A stretch of DNA of 64,000 bases from Mayamaea pseudoterrestris. Its lineage: Eukaryota. The position numbers and the translations under genes are program-made. Positions within the stretch are counted from its first letter, which is position 1, and each line of letters begins with the position of its first letter. The notes beneath the pieces were generated by a model. It did no database searches, was not told where the DNA came from, and worked only from the letters and a program-made list of their open reading frames with translations. Location: the NCBI GenBank assembly GCA_027923505.1, contig BROI01000005.1, positions 186,001 to 250,000 on the forward strand. The letters run 5' to 3'. This document shows, in pieces, positions 1 through 10,547 of the stretch.

Positions 1-2848
1 CCAGTTCTTGACGCACACCAGAATCTTGCGCCAAGTTTTGAATCGCAAAACACGCGTAAAGGCGAGACTCGTCGCTTTCGGAATTGGCTGCCTTGATGAG
101 TGCTGGAATAGCTTCCCGCTCCTGGAACACTAACAACTTGGTATTTTGGCGGTGCCGCGTGAGATTCGCAAGAAACTTGACAGCGAGAACGTGACAAGGG
201 CTGTCGTGAAACGTTGCAATTTGTACCATCGTCTGCACAAGAGAGGTCTCGCGAGCAAAGTGATAAGCGTTGTCTTTCTCCTTGCTCAAGTGGCCCAATA
301 ACGCAAAGACATTTTGGCGGCTGCCTCGCAACGTAGGGTCGGCGGTTTCGTCATAACCAAACAGCTCAATCGGAGACTGTGAAGCAGAAACTTTTAGCGT
401 TTTCTGAGAATCTTCAGACGCAATAGAGTGAGTCTTTTGACTTTCACTATTAGAGTCATCCGAGGATCTTGTCTCGCTATTTGCCGAATAACACGTAGTC
501 TTTGCCGATCTCGACTCGACCCTTGGTGGTTTTGGGACAAGGACAGGGACTAGTGCGTCCACAAATCCAGGAATCTGTGCCATAAGCAGGCGATTCTCAA
601 TAGATTTGGCAAGATATGCGAGAATGGCAGTACATCCTCGACTTGCGCTGTCGCTGCCACCCTTGATTAAAAAGATAATGGCCTGCATGAGTCTTGGAGT
701 GTGAAACACAGCAATGCGATTCTCCTTAGGCATGGACAGGTTCAACAGAGTAGTAATAGCACGATTGCGAGCTGCTTCGTATTCAAATCGAATCCGTTTG
801 TCGAGTTTGACCATGAATCCTTCATCCAGACTGTCTGTCAAAACGGAAGTCAGTGCTTGAAGGACACCGACAGTCCAGCATAGTTTAATGCGCTTCTTCG
901 AATCATTCGTCATGACTTTAATCGCTCCGCACGCATTTTTACGTCTAACCATGTATCCCAAATCGATTTTTGAGGAGTCTTCGGGAGTGGCAATTGCGAC
1001 GAGCAAGTCCTCCGTTGTCTTGGTTGGATCGGTCATGCGATGTTCCAGCGACTCCAACTTTTGCTCCGTTTTGAAGCTGATTAGTTCGCTGATGCTGCGA
1101 CGACCAAGTAAAGTATCCTCCGATGGTGGATGAAAAGCGCTTGCAAGGTTTTTGCCTGAATGGCTGGTCAGTAGCTGGGTGTCGCTGTCCGATCTGCAAT
1201 CACTCTTACCAACACGATTGGCCGGCACAGCTTCAGATCGGTCTCTGGTTTCTGCAATGACAAAGTCAGAGACGCTTGATCGCGGCGTCAACATGGCCGC
1301 AACTGCAGCTGATGCCGTTTTATGGAAATTTTCATGTCGATTTAGAAAGGATGGTGTATGCACCGAGATTGAGTCTTGCTGTGAAAGTGTCTTCTCCACC
1401 GTGAGTTTTGACTGTGGATTGTAGCGGCGGTTCATTTCGGACCCTGTCTCATATTCTTCCTTGGCCTTTTCCAATGCAAGGCCTATTTCTCGAACAGAAT
1501 CTTCTTCTGTCTTTGGTGGCGTCCAGTTAACAGTTGGGACCGTCGATACTTCTTCGCTCTCCATGATATCAACACTCTCTCCGACTGAATGCTCATTCTT
1601 GTTCTTTTGGATTTGAGTAGAAGCCGACTGGAGTGTACTCGACGTTGGATTAGGTCCGACCAATTTTCCACTAACTTGATGACTTTCCGAACGCGTCGAG
1701 CAAGCCGTTGGGCTTTCGAGGTTACCATCAGTTTCGACGACATCCTCATCACACGAATTTGGCTTGGAACCATGGACCGGATCTACTGGCTCTCCAGAGA
1801 ACGTATCGTCTCCAGTGGTGAACATTGTCAACTCATCATCCGCTTCATCGCCACTAGAACTATCAGAGTGCTGCTCGGACATAAAGTCATCAAAATCGTC
1901 GTAATCTTCTTCACCATAATCATCTCCAACGGTAGTCTCATCTGCTTCCTCATCATCCGCGTCCTGACTCGTATGCGCACTGGCGGAAGCCAGCTTTGGC
2001 GGAACCAAGTGATCCAGTTCCTGTCCCTCCTTCAAAGAACTACACTTGGCGGACCTCTTGGCGTCGTTAGTGGAATTGGGGCTGACGCAATCTGATGAAT
2101 TAACGGTCAACTTCAAGTCTGATTCGCCTCCGTCGTTGGTACTTAGCAAAAGCGTGCTCCTCAATTTTGTTTTACTTGGACTCCCAGCGGCTGACTTGTC
2201 ATCGGTCCCGTCTGTAACATCAACGAGCAAAGGTGAACTAATCGACTTTGCACCTTGCTTGTTTGCTTCTTGAGACTCCTTCGATGAAACGAAAGAAAGC
2301 ATTGATGATTCTGGAGACACCATGGACGACTCTGGCGAAACAATGGAAGACGACTGCATGGACGACTCTGGCGATCGCATGGACGAACGCGAGCTGGAAG
2401 GCTCGGAGTGCGACTCCACCGACTCTGCCTCACTGGAACTTTCCTCCGAATGACTGGAACTGTCACTGTGAGAGTTTGACGCTGAGCCTTGAGAGTCGTA
2501 GCTTGACTGACTTTCGCTCTCGTCGCCGTCTTCGTCATCAGAATGCTCCTCGGAGTGGGAAGGAGCAGACTCCTCCGAGTGCTCGCTCTGCGAAACTTCT
2601 GGACTGACAGTTTTTGTCTGAGTTCCTCCCGTCCAATTGCTCAAAAAGCCTCCTCCATTCGATGGAGGCGGACACTTCTTTTCTTCCAAAGAGTCTGCAG
2701 TGCTGCTCAAGCTCTTGTCAGGAGTTTCCGGCGGCGACGGCGTTGCTTGAGCGCGACGACGATTGCGTCGGCGAGAGTTTTGCTTTTTGCGACGCCTTGT
2801 TGGCGGCTTGTCAGTAGTCGCCGTTTGCGGACTACCGAGTCCAAACAT
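1..2848 (-). CDS. Armadillo-repeat-like protein with long Ser/Asp/Glu-rich low-complexity N-terminus (3' end truncated by window edge)
   Basis: ATG at 2848 (MFGLGSPQTATTDKPP...) is in the same frame as the codons at the window start (...AIQNLAQDSGVRQEL). It is absent from the ORF track because there is no stop in the window. The C-terminal part has ARM-like helices (RAITTLLNLSMPKENRIAVF, ILAYLAKSIENRLLMAQIPGFVDALV). Not every intervening codon was checked. Confidence 0.7.
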   Translation of the reverse strand, partial: MFGLGSPQTATTDKPPTRRRKKQNSRRRNRRRAQATPSPPETPDKSLSSTADSLEEKKCPPPSNGGGFLSNWTGGTQTKTVSPEVSQSEHSEESAPSHSEEHSDDEDGDESESQSSYDSQGSASNSHSDSSSHSEESSSEAESVESHSEPSSSRSSMRSPESSMQSSSIVSPESSMVSPESSMLSFVSSKESQEANKQGAKSISSPLLVDVTDGTDDKSAAGSPSKTKLRSTLLLSTNDGGESDLKLTVNSSDCVSPNSTNDAKRSAKCSSLKEGQELDHLVPPKLASASAHTSQDADDEEADETTVGDDYGEEDYDDFDDFMSEQHSDSSSGDEADDELTMFTTGDDTFSGEPVDPVHGSKPNSCDEDVVETDGNLESPTACSTRSESHQVSGKLVGPNPTSSTLQSASTQIQKNKNEHSVGESVDIMESEEVSTVPTVNWTPPKTEEDSVREIGLALEKAKEEYETGSEMNRRYNPQSKLTVEKTLSQQDSISVHTPSFLNRHENFHKTASAAVAAMLTPRSSVSDFVIAETRDRSEAVPANRVGKSDCRSDSDTQLLTSHSGKNLASAFHPPSEDTLLGRRSISELISFKTEQKLESLEHRMTDPTKTTEDLLVAIATPEDSSKIDLGYMVRRKNACGAIKVMTNDSKKRIKLCWTVGVLQALTSVLTDSLDEGFMVKLDKRIRFEYEAARNRAITTLLNLSMPKENRIAVFHTPRLMQAIIFLIKGGSDSASRGCTAILAYLAKSIENRLLMAQIPGFVDALVPVLVPKPPRVESRSAKTTCYSANSETRSSDDSNSESQKTHSIASEDSQKTLKVSASQSPIELFGYDETADPTLRGSRQNVFALLGHLSKEKDNAYHFARETSLVQTMVQIATFHDSPCHVLAVKFLANLTRHRQNTKLLVFQEREAIPALIKAANSESDESRLYACFAIQNLAQDSGVRQEL

Positions 2849-3291
2849 GGTAGTAGCAAATTTTACTCTAGCTTAGTGTTGCGCGTCTGTTCTTTTGAAT
2901 GCAACAATGACTCGAAACTATTAGATTAGAATCGTGGAACGTGTGCAACTGGCGAATGGCGCATGCCAAGTCGCTCTTGGCGGCAGGCGGCGATAATGTG
3001 AGCTACAATTACCGAATTCGTACCGACCGGCGTGAAAGCCGGCGCGGCAACATTCATCGAGTACCGCTACGAATGCCGGACAACAGCTCGCCCTCTGCAT
3101 TCACAGTCACCATGAAGATTTGCTTGCTAGGCGCATCAGCATAGCTTCTTGCTTATCTAACATTGAGAGCTTAGAACTTGATTGAGCTTGATTTTAGTCA
3201 CAAACGAAGAAGAGAGCATATTTTTCAAACATTACGATTCGATCAGTTTGACCGAAACAGAAAACAGACGCACCAAAACAACCGCATCACC

Positions 3292-5277
3292 ATGGCGGAG
3301 GAAATAATTCTGCCACCTCCTTCCGCCTTGCATCCGATACCTTCATTGACAGCCGCCCTGAGACTAGATAATCAGGATCAGCTAACCGAACTCCTTCGAA
3401 CGACGGAACATCCAATGCTAGTGTTTGGAAGCGAATCATTGCGCACGCTGATGTTACGACAAGTCTTGGCGGATCCAAACAATCGACAACCAAAGAAGAA
3501 GCTGGACGCATGGAATCAATTTACAAGTCTACCAAAGGGTTTAGTGTTCAACTCGACTGATGTCCTGAGCGAAGCACCGCTCGAGACTGGCCCTGCATCA
3601 ACCATATTCTACTTTATTCAAGCCTCCAATCCGGGGCAAACTCAATTGACAGTGCAAAAAATAAAGGAGCATGGCAAGCTTGACCACAAGATTGTATACA
3701 TTCCTCAAGCGACTGCAATGATAACGAAACTCTTGTCTGATTGGAACATTAGCTCCATGCCAAACGTTTCCATCCATCGCCTGCAGTGCAACTACTTGTT
3801 TCCCATTGAAACAGACATTTACAGCAGCGAATACAAGGATGCGCTGTGGGAGTCAGCAGTGCAGGGAACACCATCCTTTCTCATTACACACGTTGCCAAG
3901 AGCTTGATGCAGCTCCAGCAAGTGGTTGGTCCGATTCCTCGCATTCAAAGCTACGGACCAATGGCGGAGGAAGTCTTGCGCAAGCTGTTGAATTTGACCG
4001 TCGATGACTACTTTACGCAGTCGGCTGGTAGTGAGCAGGATGCACCCACCAGTGTTTTGGGCGGTCAAGTGAGTGCGCTCATCATTTTGGATCGCAAGGT
4101 GGATCAGGTGACGCCCATGCTGACGCCATTGACCTACGAAGGGTTGCTTGATCATGTATTGAAATTGGATTGCGGATATGTTCGAGTTGCAGCTGATTTG
4201 ATTCAAGATAAGGACGATGACAAGAATGCTAAAACGAACAAGCTTGACGACGAAACGAAAGCGTTGTCGACTGGAGCCCCTGCGTTGGTGGCGGTTGGCT
4301 TAAACTCGGCCGACACGCTCTACGCCGAAGTCCGCAACCAACATGTGGAACAGTTTGGATCCTTTCTGCAGAATCAAGCCAAGGCCTTGCAGGAGTCACA
4401 CGCCAAGTTCACCAGTACGGGCAAGAAGAAGGATTTGCAGGAGATTCACCAATTTGTCAAGAATATTCCAATGTTTACGCAGAATCTCAAGTCGCTAACG
4501 ACGCACATTCACTTGGCGGAGATTGTGAAAAAGACGACGGAAGACATGGAGTTTCGGGAACAATGGAACTTGGAGCGTTCCATATTAGAAGGAGAGTCGG
4601 CCTATGATCAGCTGGAAGACTTGGTGGCCATGCAGTATCCGCCGTGGAGATTTCTGAGATTACTTTGTCTACAGAGTCTGTGCGGAGGAGGCATCAAGTC
4701 GAGCAGGTATGATACGATGCGAAGAGATGTCGTCCAAACGTATGGCTACGAATTTATGTTTGTGTTGCAGAATCTGGAAAAAGCAGGCCTTTTGCACCGC
4801 CGAGAAGGCTTGTGGATGGACACGGCGAGCCCCTTTTCGTCCTTGCGCAGTAAGCTGCATTTGATTCATGCCGAAGTTGACACTGTGGAGCCAGATGACA
4901 TAAGCTACGTATCCAGTGGATACGCGCCATTATCAATCCGAATTATTCAAATGGCCGTCAAGGGATGGCAAGGGAAGGACGACATTTTGAAGGAGCTTCC
5001 AGGACGGTTGGTGGATATTTTACAGCAAACTCCTCCGGAGGATTTGTCGGCCGCACTTACTCGCCCGCGCCCGACGCAGTCTCTTGGAACCATGGTCGAG
5101 TCCGAGCCATCCAGCAAGAAGCCAGTCTTGGCGGTATACTTTGTCGGAGGCGTCACTTACATGGAACTGGCAGCCATGCGGTTCTTGTCAAAGCGACCCA
5201 CCTTTCCGTTTCACATTATATGTTGCACGACGAAGATCATCAATGGCGATACTTTGCTGGAATCTCTGGCTCAGTGA
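3292..5277 (+). CDS. VPS33: Vacuolar protein sorting 33 (Sec1/Munc18 family)
   Basis: Motifs LIILDRKVDQVTPMLTPLTYEGLLD, DISYVSSGYAPLSIR and VYFVGGVTYMELAAMRFL; start taken at accATGg 3292. Confidence 0.92.
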   Translation: MAEEIILPPPSALHPIPSLTAALRLDNQDQLTELLRTTEHPMLVFGSESLRTLMLRQVLADPNNRQPKKKLDAWNQFTSLPKGLVFNSTDVLSEAPLETGPASTIFYFIQASNPGQTQLTVQKIKEHGKLDHKIVYIPQATAMITKLLSDWNISSMPNVSIHRLQCNYLFPIETDIYSSEYKDALWESAVQGTPSFLITHVAKSLMQLQQVVGPIPRIQSYGPMAEEVLRKLLNLTVDDYFTQSAGSEQDAPTSVLGGQVSALIILDRKVDQVTPMLTPLTYEGLLDHVLKLDCGYVRVAADLIQDKDDDKNAKTNKLDDETKALSTGAPALVAVGLNSADTLYAEVRNQHVEQFGSFLQNQAKALQESHAKFTSTGKKKDLQEIHQFVKNIPMFTQNLKSLTTHIHLAEIVKKTTEDMEFREQWNLERSILEGESAYDQLEDLVAMQYPPWRFLRLLCLQSLCGGGIKSSRYDTMRRDVVQTYGYEFMFVLQNLEKAGLLHRREGLWMDTASPFSSLRSKLHLIHAEVDTVEPDDISYVSSGYAPLSIRIIQMAVKGWQGKDDILKELPGRLVDILQQTPPEDLSAALTRPRPTQSLGTMVESEPSSKKPVLAVYFVGGVTYMELAAMRFLSKRPTFPFHIICCTTKIINGDTLLESLAQ

Positions 5278-5554
5278 CGAGCATGTGTCAGGTATACAAT
5301 ATTGACAGGTAGCAGATATGTATAAATCAATTTTTTTTGCGATTATTTTACAATGTGAACAACAATTATGCTAAAACACACCACCCGGTGTAGTTTTCGC
5401 TGAAGATTATGGTTGTCTTTCAAATATTGCCGTACACGATCAAGATGCATCGTTCTGATGCTGCAAGACGTCATAGTTTGCATAAAACACATGTCGTTTC
5501 CGCAAAATGGCGATATCATCAAGCATACTAAAACGTCACCAACAAGACAGCTGC

Positions 5555-6670
5555 TCAATAGAATTCAACAATCAAATTCCCTCGAGACTTTCCATCCTTA
5601 CTCAACACTCCCTGCTCTGGAATGACGAGTCGCTTGGACGACAGCGTCGACTTGCGAATCTTGCGGTGCATGGTCGTTCCATCGAGCAGTGGCATGTTTA
5701 TGGAGATCAGTCCGCCCGTTGCCTTGCCTTTCAGATCCGCGGCACTGATTGGATACTCGTATCTCACATCATTCGTGCCCTGCTGTCTTGAATAGAATGG
5801 ATCTTGCTCCTGCACGACAAAGACAATCTTGGGGAAATTTTTGGTTGCCGCGAAGGTAATGCGCGTGCCAGACTTGTAGCTTGGCTTGAGTTCAATGCTA
5901 TAAATGCGCGACTGCGATCCATGCTTCACCTTTAGTTTCTTGGTGACGCCTTGATGCAAGTCGCGCAACGTGACGGCAACGGTCCGCGTGTAGGATTGTG
6001 CAGGTGCAGATGCCTGCTGCTGTTGGCGTGGCGGCGTGCTCCCACCGGATGGTTGCTGCTGCTGCGAAAAGGCTTGCGAAAAGGCTGACGCGTCAAGACC
6101 CTGCCCCATCATCATTTGACGCAACATTTCCTGCAAGTCAAAGTCCATTCCTGGTGGCGCCTGCTGTTGCTGCCGTCCTTGCTGCGCGCCTCCTTGCTGG
6201 AACGAAAAGGCGTTTCCAAACGACTGAAAGAAATTGGCAGACGCTCCATTGGTAGTGCCGGATTGATATTGATGACCACCATTGCTACTACTGAATCCTT
6301 GAAATGGATTACCATTATAGTTATTTCCAGTCGTTCCGTAGGCGTCATACATTTTGCGCTGCTCCGGATCCCCCAGCACTTGGTAGGCTTCCGAAACTTG
6401 CTTGAAGGTTTCCTCATCGCCGCCCTTGTCGGGATGATGCTTCAAACACAATTTTCGATAGGCCTTTGTAATTTCCTGGTCGGATGCATTCTTGGAAACG
6501 CCAAGGGTGGTGTAGGGTGACGCGGCTGGTTTGTTGGAAGCGAGTGTTGTGTGGCTGCATAGAGTGACAAGTAGTAGCAGCAGCAGCAGCGTCCGTGTTA
6601 TTTTATGATAAAGTAGCTTTGATTGACTCCGACAACGACGAAAGCGAGTAGCATTATGAAACAGTTGCAT
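5555..6670 (-). CDS. DnaJ/Hsp40 class B co-chaperone with N-terminal hydrophobic signal/anchor
   Basis: J-domain PYTTLGV...[14 protein letters not shown], a G/F/Q-rich linker and a DnaJ C-terminal domain ending GNLIVEF; hydrophobic stretch [11 protein letters not shown] upstream. Start codon uncertain. Confidence 0.88.
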   Translation of the reverse strand: MQLFHNATRFRRCRSQSKLLYHKITRTLLLLLLLVTLCSHTTLASNKPAASPYTTLGVSKNASDQEITKAYRKLCLKHHPDKGGDEETFKQVSEAYQVLGDPEQRKMYDAYGTTGNNYNGNPFQGFSSSNGGHQYQSGTTNGASANFFQSFGNAFSFQQGGAQQGRQQQQAPPGMDFDLQEMLRQMMMGQGLDASAFSQAFSQQQQPSGGSTPPRQQQQASAPAQSYTRTVAVTLRDLHQGVTKKLKVKHGSQSRIYSIELKPSYKSGTRITFAATKNFPKIVFVVQEQDPFYSRQQGTNDVRYEYPISAADLKGKATGGLISINMPLLDGTTMHRKIRKSTLSSKRLVIPEQGVLSKDGKSRGNLIVEFY

Positions 6671-6878
6671 TGATGAGTAACTATACAAGGCAGACAAAAG
6701 AATATACAGCAGCAGCAACACGGATCTGGAATGCCTCGGCGGCAGGGCTCCGAAAGAATGTGTGGCAAAATCGCGCGCGCCAGTCGCTGAAAATCGTGAC
6801 GTCAATCGCCAGAGAATGAACGCGTGACATTACGGCTACGACACAGTCAGCGTCCACGCAATGTTTCTCGTTTCGACC

Positions 6879-9071
6879 ATGGCGGAGGCATCTCAAACCG
6901 TCTCTACTTACTTGTCCTTGCAAACAAGCAAAATGAACGGATCCAAGCATGAGACATCGTCTGAACCTCCCTTTATACCTTCATCAATCTATAGTGGCTC
7001 GATTGAAGGTTACTACTTCAAGGCTGGCCCTCACGGCACTGGCTACTACATGGATCGAAATGCACCAGTAACAACAGAGCATGAGCAATCAGCAGCAAAC
7101 TCATCAGCCGACCAATCATTGCAGCAAAAACCACCAAAAAAGGCTCGCTTCGACACGAGTCAGAACCAAACCACCATTATTCCCAGTCGCCTCTTGGAGC
7201 AAGCCGAGCAGGATGCAAGCAAGTCGTACGTGGTGGAACTCTCACTCAAAGGACTGCAGCACGCCACAAGTCTGCTCCAGAAAAGCATGACGCGCAACGA
7301 ACTGGAGCGGGCGCAGCAACAAGATACTGCTGACGATTCCTTACTGTTTGTGCCGCAAAACGACCCAACAAAGTACATGGCGAGTGAAATCACGCTCTAT
7401 GAGCAAATCGTTTCGCTCAAGAGTGTGGCCGCGTCTCCGAAGGAACTGTATGGAACGATTGCCAGTGGAACAAACGGCACTGACGACAACTCGCAGCCGG
7501 ACTTGCTCGCTCTGCTGTGCCAGCTGCTGCTGCATCCCAATCCAGACATTGGCGCGAGCGTCGTGTCGGTATTTTTGGAGTGGATGGATCCTAGCTTGCT
7601 GGACGAAACTGACGAAACTGCTGCACCAATGTCGAAACTGGCGCAGCGTATACTACTGGAGGCGACGGATGCACTCTATGACAATTTAGATCGACTTGAT
7701 CCAACGGCAACTAATAATGATGGAGATAGTGTCAACGGATTGAATGTTGCGGAAGCAGCAGCAGCAAACGACGACAATGACGACGACGACGACGAAGTAG
7801 GCAAGGGAACAGAAGATATATTGAGTCTATGGGAAAATTTGATGGAGATTGAATCAGAGGTCATGACAGTGTCTGATGACGACGACTCGACGGCAACGTT
7901 GCGCGTATCACCCACTGGCGAAACGGTCGCCTCCTACCTTTGTCGTCAGACAAGACTAGTTGCGTGGCTGCTGCAACGAATCGACCAGGTGAACCATGGT
8001 GACAATGCACAACCATCATCGCTACAGATTCGAGCCATGGAGCTACTTGCCAATTTAGCGCCGCGCGAGGGAGTATATGCTGTGATTCCGGACTGGAGTC
8101 GGGTTGCATCACAGGACATCCCAATTCACGCCAACTTGATTCCAGACGACTCTACTGATCTCACTACGGAGCAGAACAGAAACAATGATGAAGATGACGA
8201 CGACGACAAGATTAAAGATTATCTGGATGGCATTGAAATATTGCTGCAAATTGTTGCCGGATACAAAAAGAGACAACCAGCGGACGACGTTCAGCTCGAG
8301 TTTCTGGAGAATGCATGCATCGTCATGGCGTCCACCTTGACCTACAGTGCCTTGAACGTCAAGGCGTTTGTCGATTGCCAAGGCATCGAGTTGGTGGTTC
8401 GTTGCCTCAAGGAAAAGGTTCATGCCGGAGGTGCGGCATTAGCTTGGAACGACTTTGCATCCGGAAACGAAACCATCCATCGACAAGCCTGTGAGCGATT
8501 GGTGGACGCCGGCGCGCTAAAGTATCTCTTTCCAATCTTTATGGGTCGGTCATTGCCAAAGCAAGCTTTACAAAGTAATGCAAAGGAACAAAAGGAGGGG
8601 ATACTGTCAATGGAAACAACAGTCATTCGAATATTCTACGGATTGACGCGGCACTTGAGCGACGAGTCGCCGCATGACGTCAAGGCAAGGTTTCTGGCCA
8701 AGTTTGTGGACGACGAAAAGTGCGATAGACTGGTCGAGCTATGTATAGCATACGAGCAAAAGGCACGCATGGCCGAATTTCGATTCTACAAGAGCGAAGT
8801 TGAAGACGAGATGCAAGACGAAGAGGCCGTCCAGTTAGCTGCTCTTGATGCAAAATTGGAGGGTGGCGGTGATTTGTATCATCGACTAGCTGCAATTGTT
8901 GCTTTTTGCTGCGTTGGAAGTCGACAGTGTCACGAACGCATTTTAGGGCAACTGCATTTACACCAAAGTGGCATTAGCTTGATCCAAGACGGCTTGGAAG
9001 AGTTCGCGTCCGTGCTTGACGAAGGCGAGCAAAAGGATCAACTCAAGCAATACTTGAAAGAGCTTTTATAA
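6879..9071 (+). CDS. CTNNBL1: Beta-catenin-like protein 1 (Prp19/CDC5L complex, spliceosome)
   Basis: Motifs KYMASEITL, LLLHPNPDIGASVVSVFLEWMD, EFLENAC, CERLVDAGALKYLFPIFMG and EKCDRLVEL. Start could be 6861, 6879 or later. Confidence 0.85.
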   Translation: MAEASQTVSTYLSLQTSKMNGSKHETSSEPPFIPSSIYSGSIEGYYFKAGPHGTGYYMDRNAPVTTEHEQSAANSSADQSLQQKPPKKARFDTSQNQTTIIPSRLLEQAEQDASKSYVVELSLKGLQHATSLLQKSMTRNELERAQQQDTADDSLLFVPQNDPTKYMASEITLYEQIVSLKSVAASPKELYGTIASGTNGTDDNSQPDLLALLCQLLLHPNPDIGASVVSVFLEWMDPSLLDETDETAAPMSKLAQRILLEATDALYDNLDRLDPTATNNDGDSVNGLNVAEAAAANDDNDDDDDEVGKGTEDILSLWENLMEIESEVMTVSDDDDSTATLRVSPTGETVASYLCRQTRLVAWLLQRIDQVNHGDNAQPSSLQIRAMELLANLAPREGVYAVIPDWSRVASQDIPIHANLIPDDSTDLTTEQNRNNDEDDDDDKIKDYLDGIEILLQIVAGYKKRQPADDVQLEFLENACIVMASTLTYSALNVKAFVDCQGIELVVRCLKEKVHAGGAALAWNDFASGNETIHRQACERLVDAGALKYLFPIFMGRSLPKQALQSNAKEQKEGILSMETTVIRIFYGLTRHLSDESPHDVKARFLAKFVDDEKCDRLVELCIAYEQKARMAEFRFYKSEVEDEMQDEEAVQLAALDAKLEGGGDLYHRLAAIVAFCCVGSRQCHERILGQLHLHQSGISLIQDGLEEFASVLDEGEQKDQLKQYLKELL

Positions 9072-9298
9072 TGCGTTGCTCAAGCGCAACCACGAGTCTC
9101 TCGCCAATTCTGAAGTTACACTACGTGTAATAACAGGTATTGATTCTTTTGATTTATTATATTGCTTTATTCATTCGTTTATGTGTTTCTGTATTCCATC
9201 ACGCTGCTATGTCCGTGTCGTACCCTGTTTCCGAACGTTGTTTTATCACAACTCTTCAAGCGAGATTGCCAAAAGAGGCTATACAAACGTTCATTCCA

Positions 9299-9808
9299 TC
9301 AAATCTCGCCATGCGGCCTTCGTGGCGGTCGTCCTCGGAGAATGCTTGCCTCTCGCCGGCGCAATCGCGACTCCAAATCAAGTTGCTGCTCTTCCACTCT
9401 TGGATAACTGGTATCGCCAGCCATGTAGCTGTGTCGCCGCGATGGAACATGGCGGGAAACATTCAAACGCATGTCAGCATGTTTATTGTCGTTTGACTCT
9501 AGTTTCTGCGGCACGAGCGAACACGATCGCGGCGACTCCTTGTGCGAAAAGCGTCCACGAGATTGCTGCCGCGACTCGGATCGCTCCATCTGTCGTGATG
9601 CGCGGCCCTTGTCGGGAGATAGTGGAGGTTTCGGAAGAGAGTTTCGTCGCTGCTGCTGATTGTGATGGCGCTCGTCACTTTTCTTTGGCGGAGACCAAAG
9701 GTCAAAGGTCGGAATGGTGTTGAGTGTTGAATAGGACGGCACTTTAAACTGCGAGTAGTGAGATTGCTCCGGGTAAGGAGGCAATACCAAGTCACGAACT
9801 CTCGTCAT
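9299..9808 (-). CDS. Hypothetical low-complexity protein
   Basis: ORF MTRVRDLVLPPYPEQ... is Ser/Arg/Pro-rich with no recognisable domain. Confidence 0.4.
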   Translation of the reverse strand: MTRVRDLVLPPYPEQSHYSQFKVPSYSTLNTIPTFDLWSPPKKSDERHHNQQQRRNSLPKPPLSPDKGRASRQMERSESRQQSRGRFSHKESPRSCSLVPQKLESNDNKHADMRLNVSRHVPSRRHSYMAGDTSYPRVEEQQLDLESRLRRREASILRGRPPRRPHGEI

Positions 9809-10443
9809 CGCTTGGCTACTTGTATTCTTTGGTGCTGGTGGAGCCGTGGTGGAAGGAAAGTGTCCAAAGAGGCGCGAGCAAAAAGGGTCCTGCGACTGCG
9901 GGTGGCGATGTACCATGCGTATGAACGAGCGTAGCTTGAATGAGATGGACAAAATTCTTGTCTCTTCTTGATTATGCGATGAGCAACATGGTAAAAGTCA
10001 CAGGGAGCACATGCAAATCCTGCTCCCGGATGGTTCAAGCTTCTGGACAAGATACCTGCGGAAGAAGCTTCGTGGAGTCGTGAGCCCAAGCTATTCATCG
10101 ACTCTTCGTCGACGCTGCGAGCGAGCCTGTCGCATTTCATTCATGCTTGACCAGCGAATAAAAGTCACATCGGTTCATGGTGCGGCATTTTCATTGCTTG
10201 TTTGCTTACCTAATTTACATAGTCGCTTCTTCGATTTACGATTTGTAGTAACGCTGTAAAAAGAATTGCATAAAATTAAAGAGACGGGGAGCCATCGACC
10301 AGTTGCATTGTAAAGCGTCCATACTGTTAAAGTGTTCTACGCGAATGCTACCACGTCATTACACGTACCAGACACGACGATGGAGCCAGAACCTAGGACG
10401 TGCATGCAACTCTGCTTACATATATATATTTTCTATCTTATTG

Positions 10444-10547
10444 ACGTTCCGATCCTGCAAAACCAATCTTCATTGAACTTGTCAGTTCCGTAAAACGTTC
10501 CGATCCTGCAAAACCACTCTTCATTGAACTTGTCAGTTCCGTAAAAC
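10444..10547. repeat. Tandem direct duplication, 2 x 51 bp, one mismatch
   Basis: acgttccgatcctgcaaaacca(a/c)tcttcattgaacttgtcagttccgtaaa at 10444-10494 and 10495-10545. Confidence 0.95.

Noticed and set aside
2280..2400. Short repeats catggacgactctggcga as a mobile or regulatory array
   Set aside because: They are coding repeats (SPESSM) in the low-complexity region of the minus-strand gene.
3026..3043. Hairpin CCGGC-GTGAAA-GCCGG as an RNA element
   Set aside because: An isolated short stem in a GC-rich divergent promoter; compatible with chance.
10444..10547. CRISPR-like array
   Set aside because: Two contiguous copies with no spacer and no cas genes, in a eukaryotic context.
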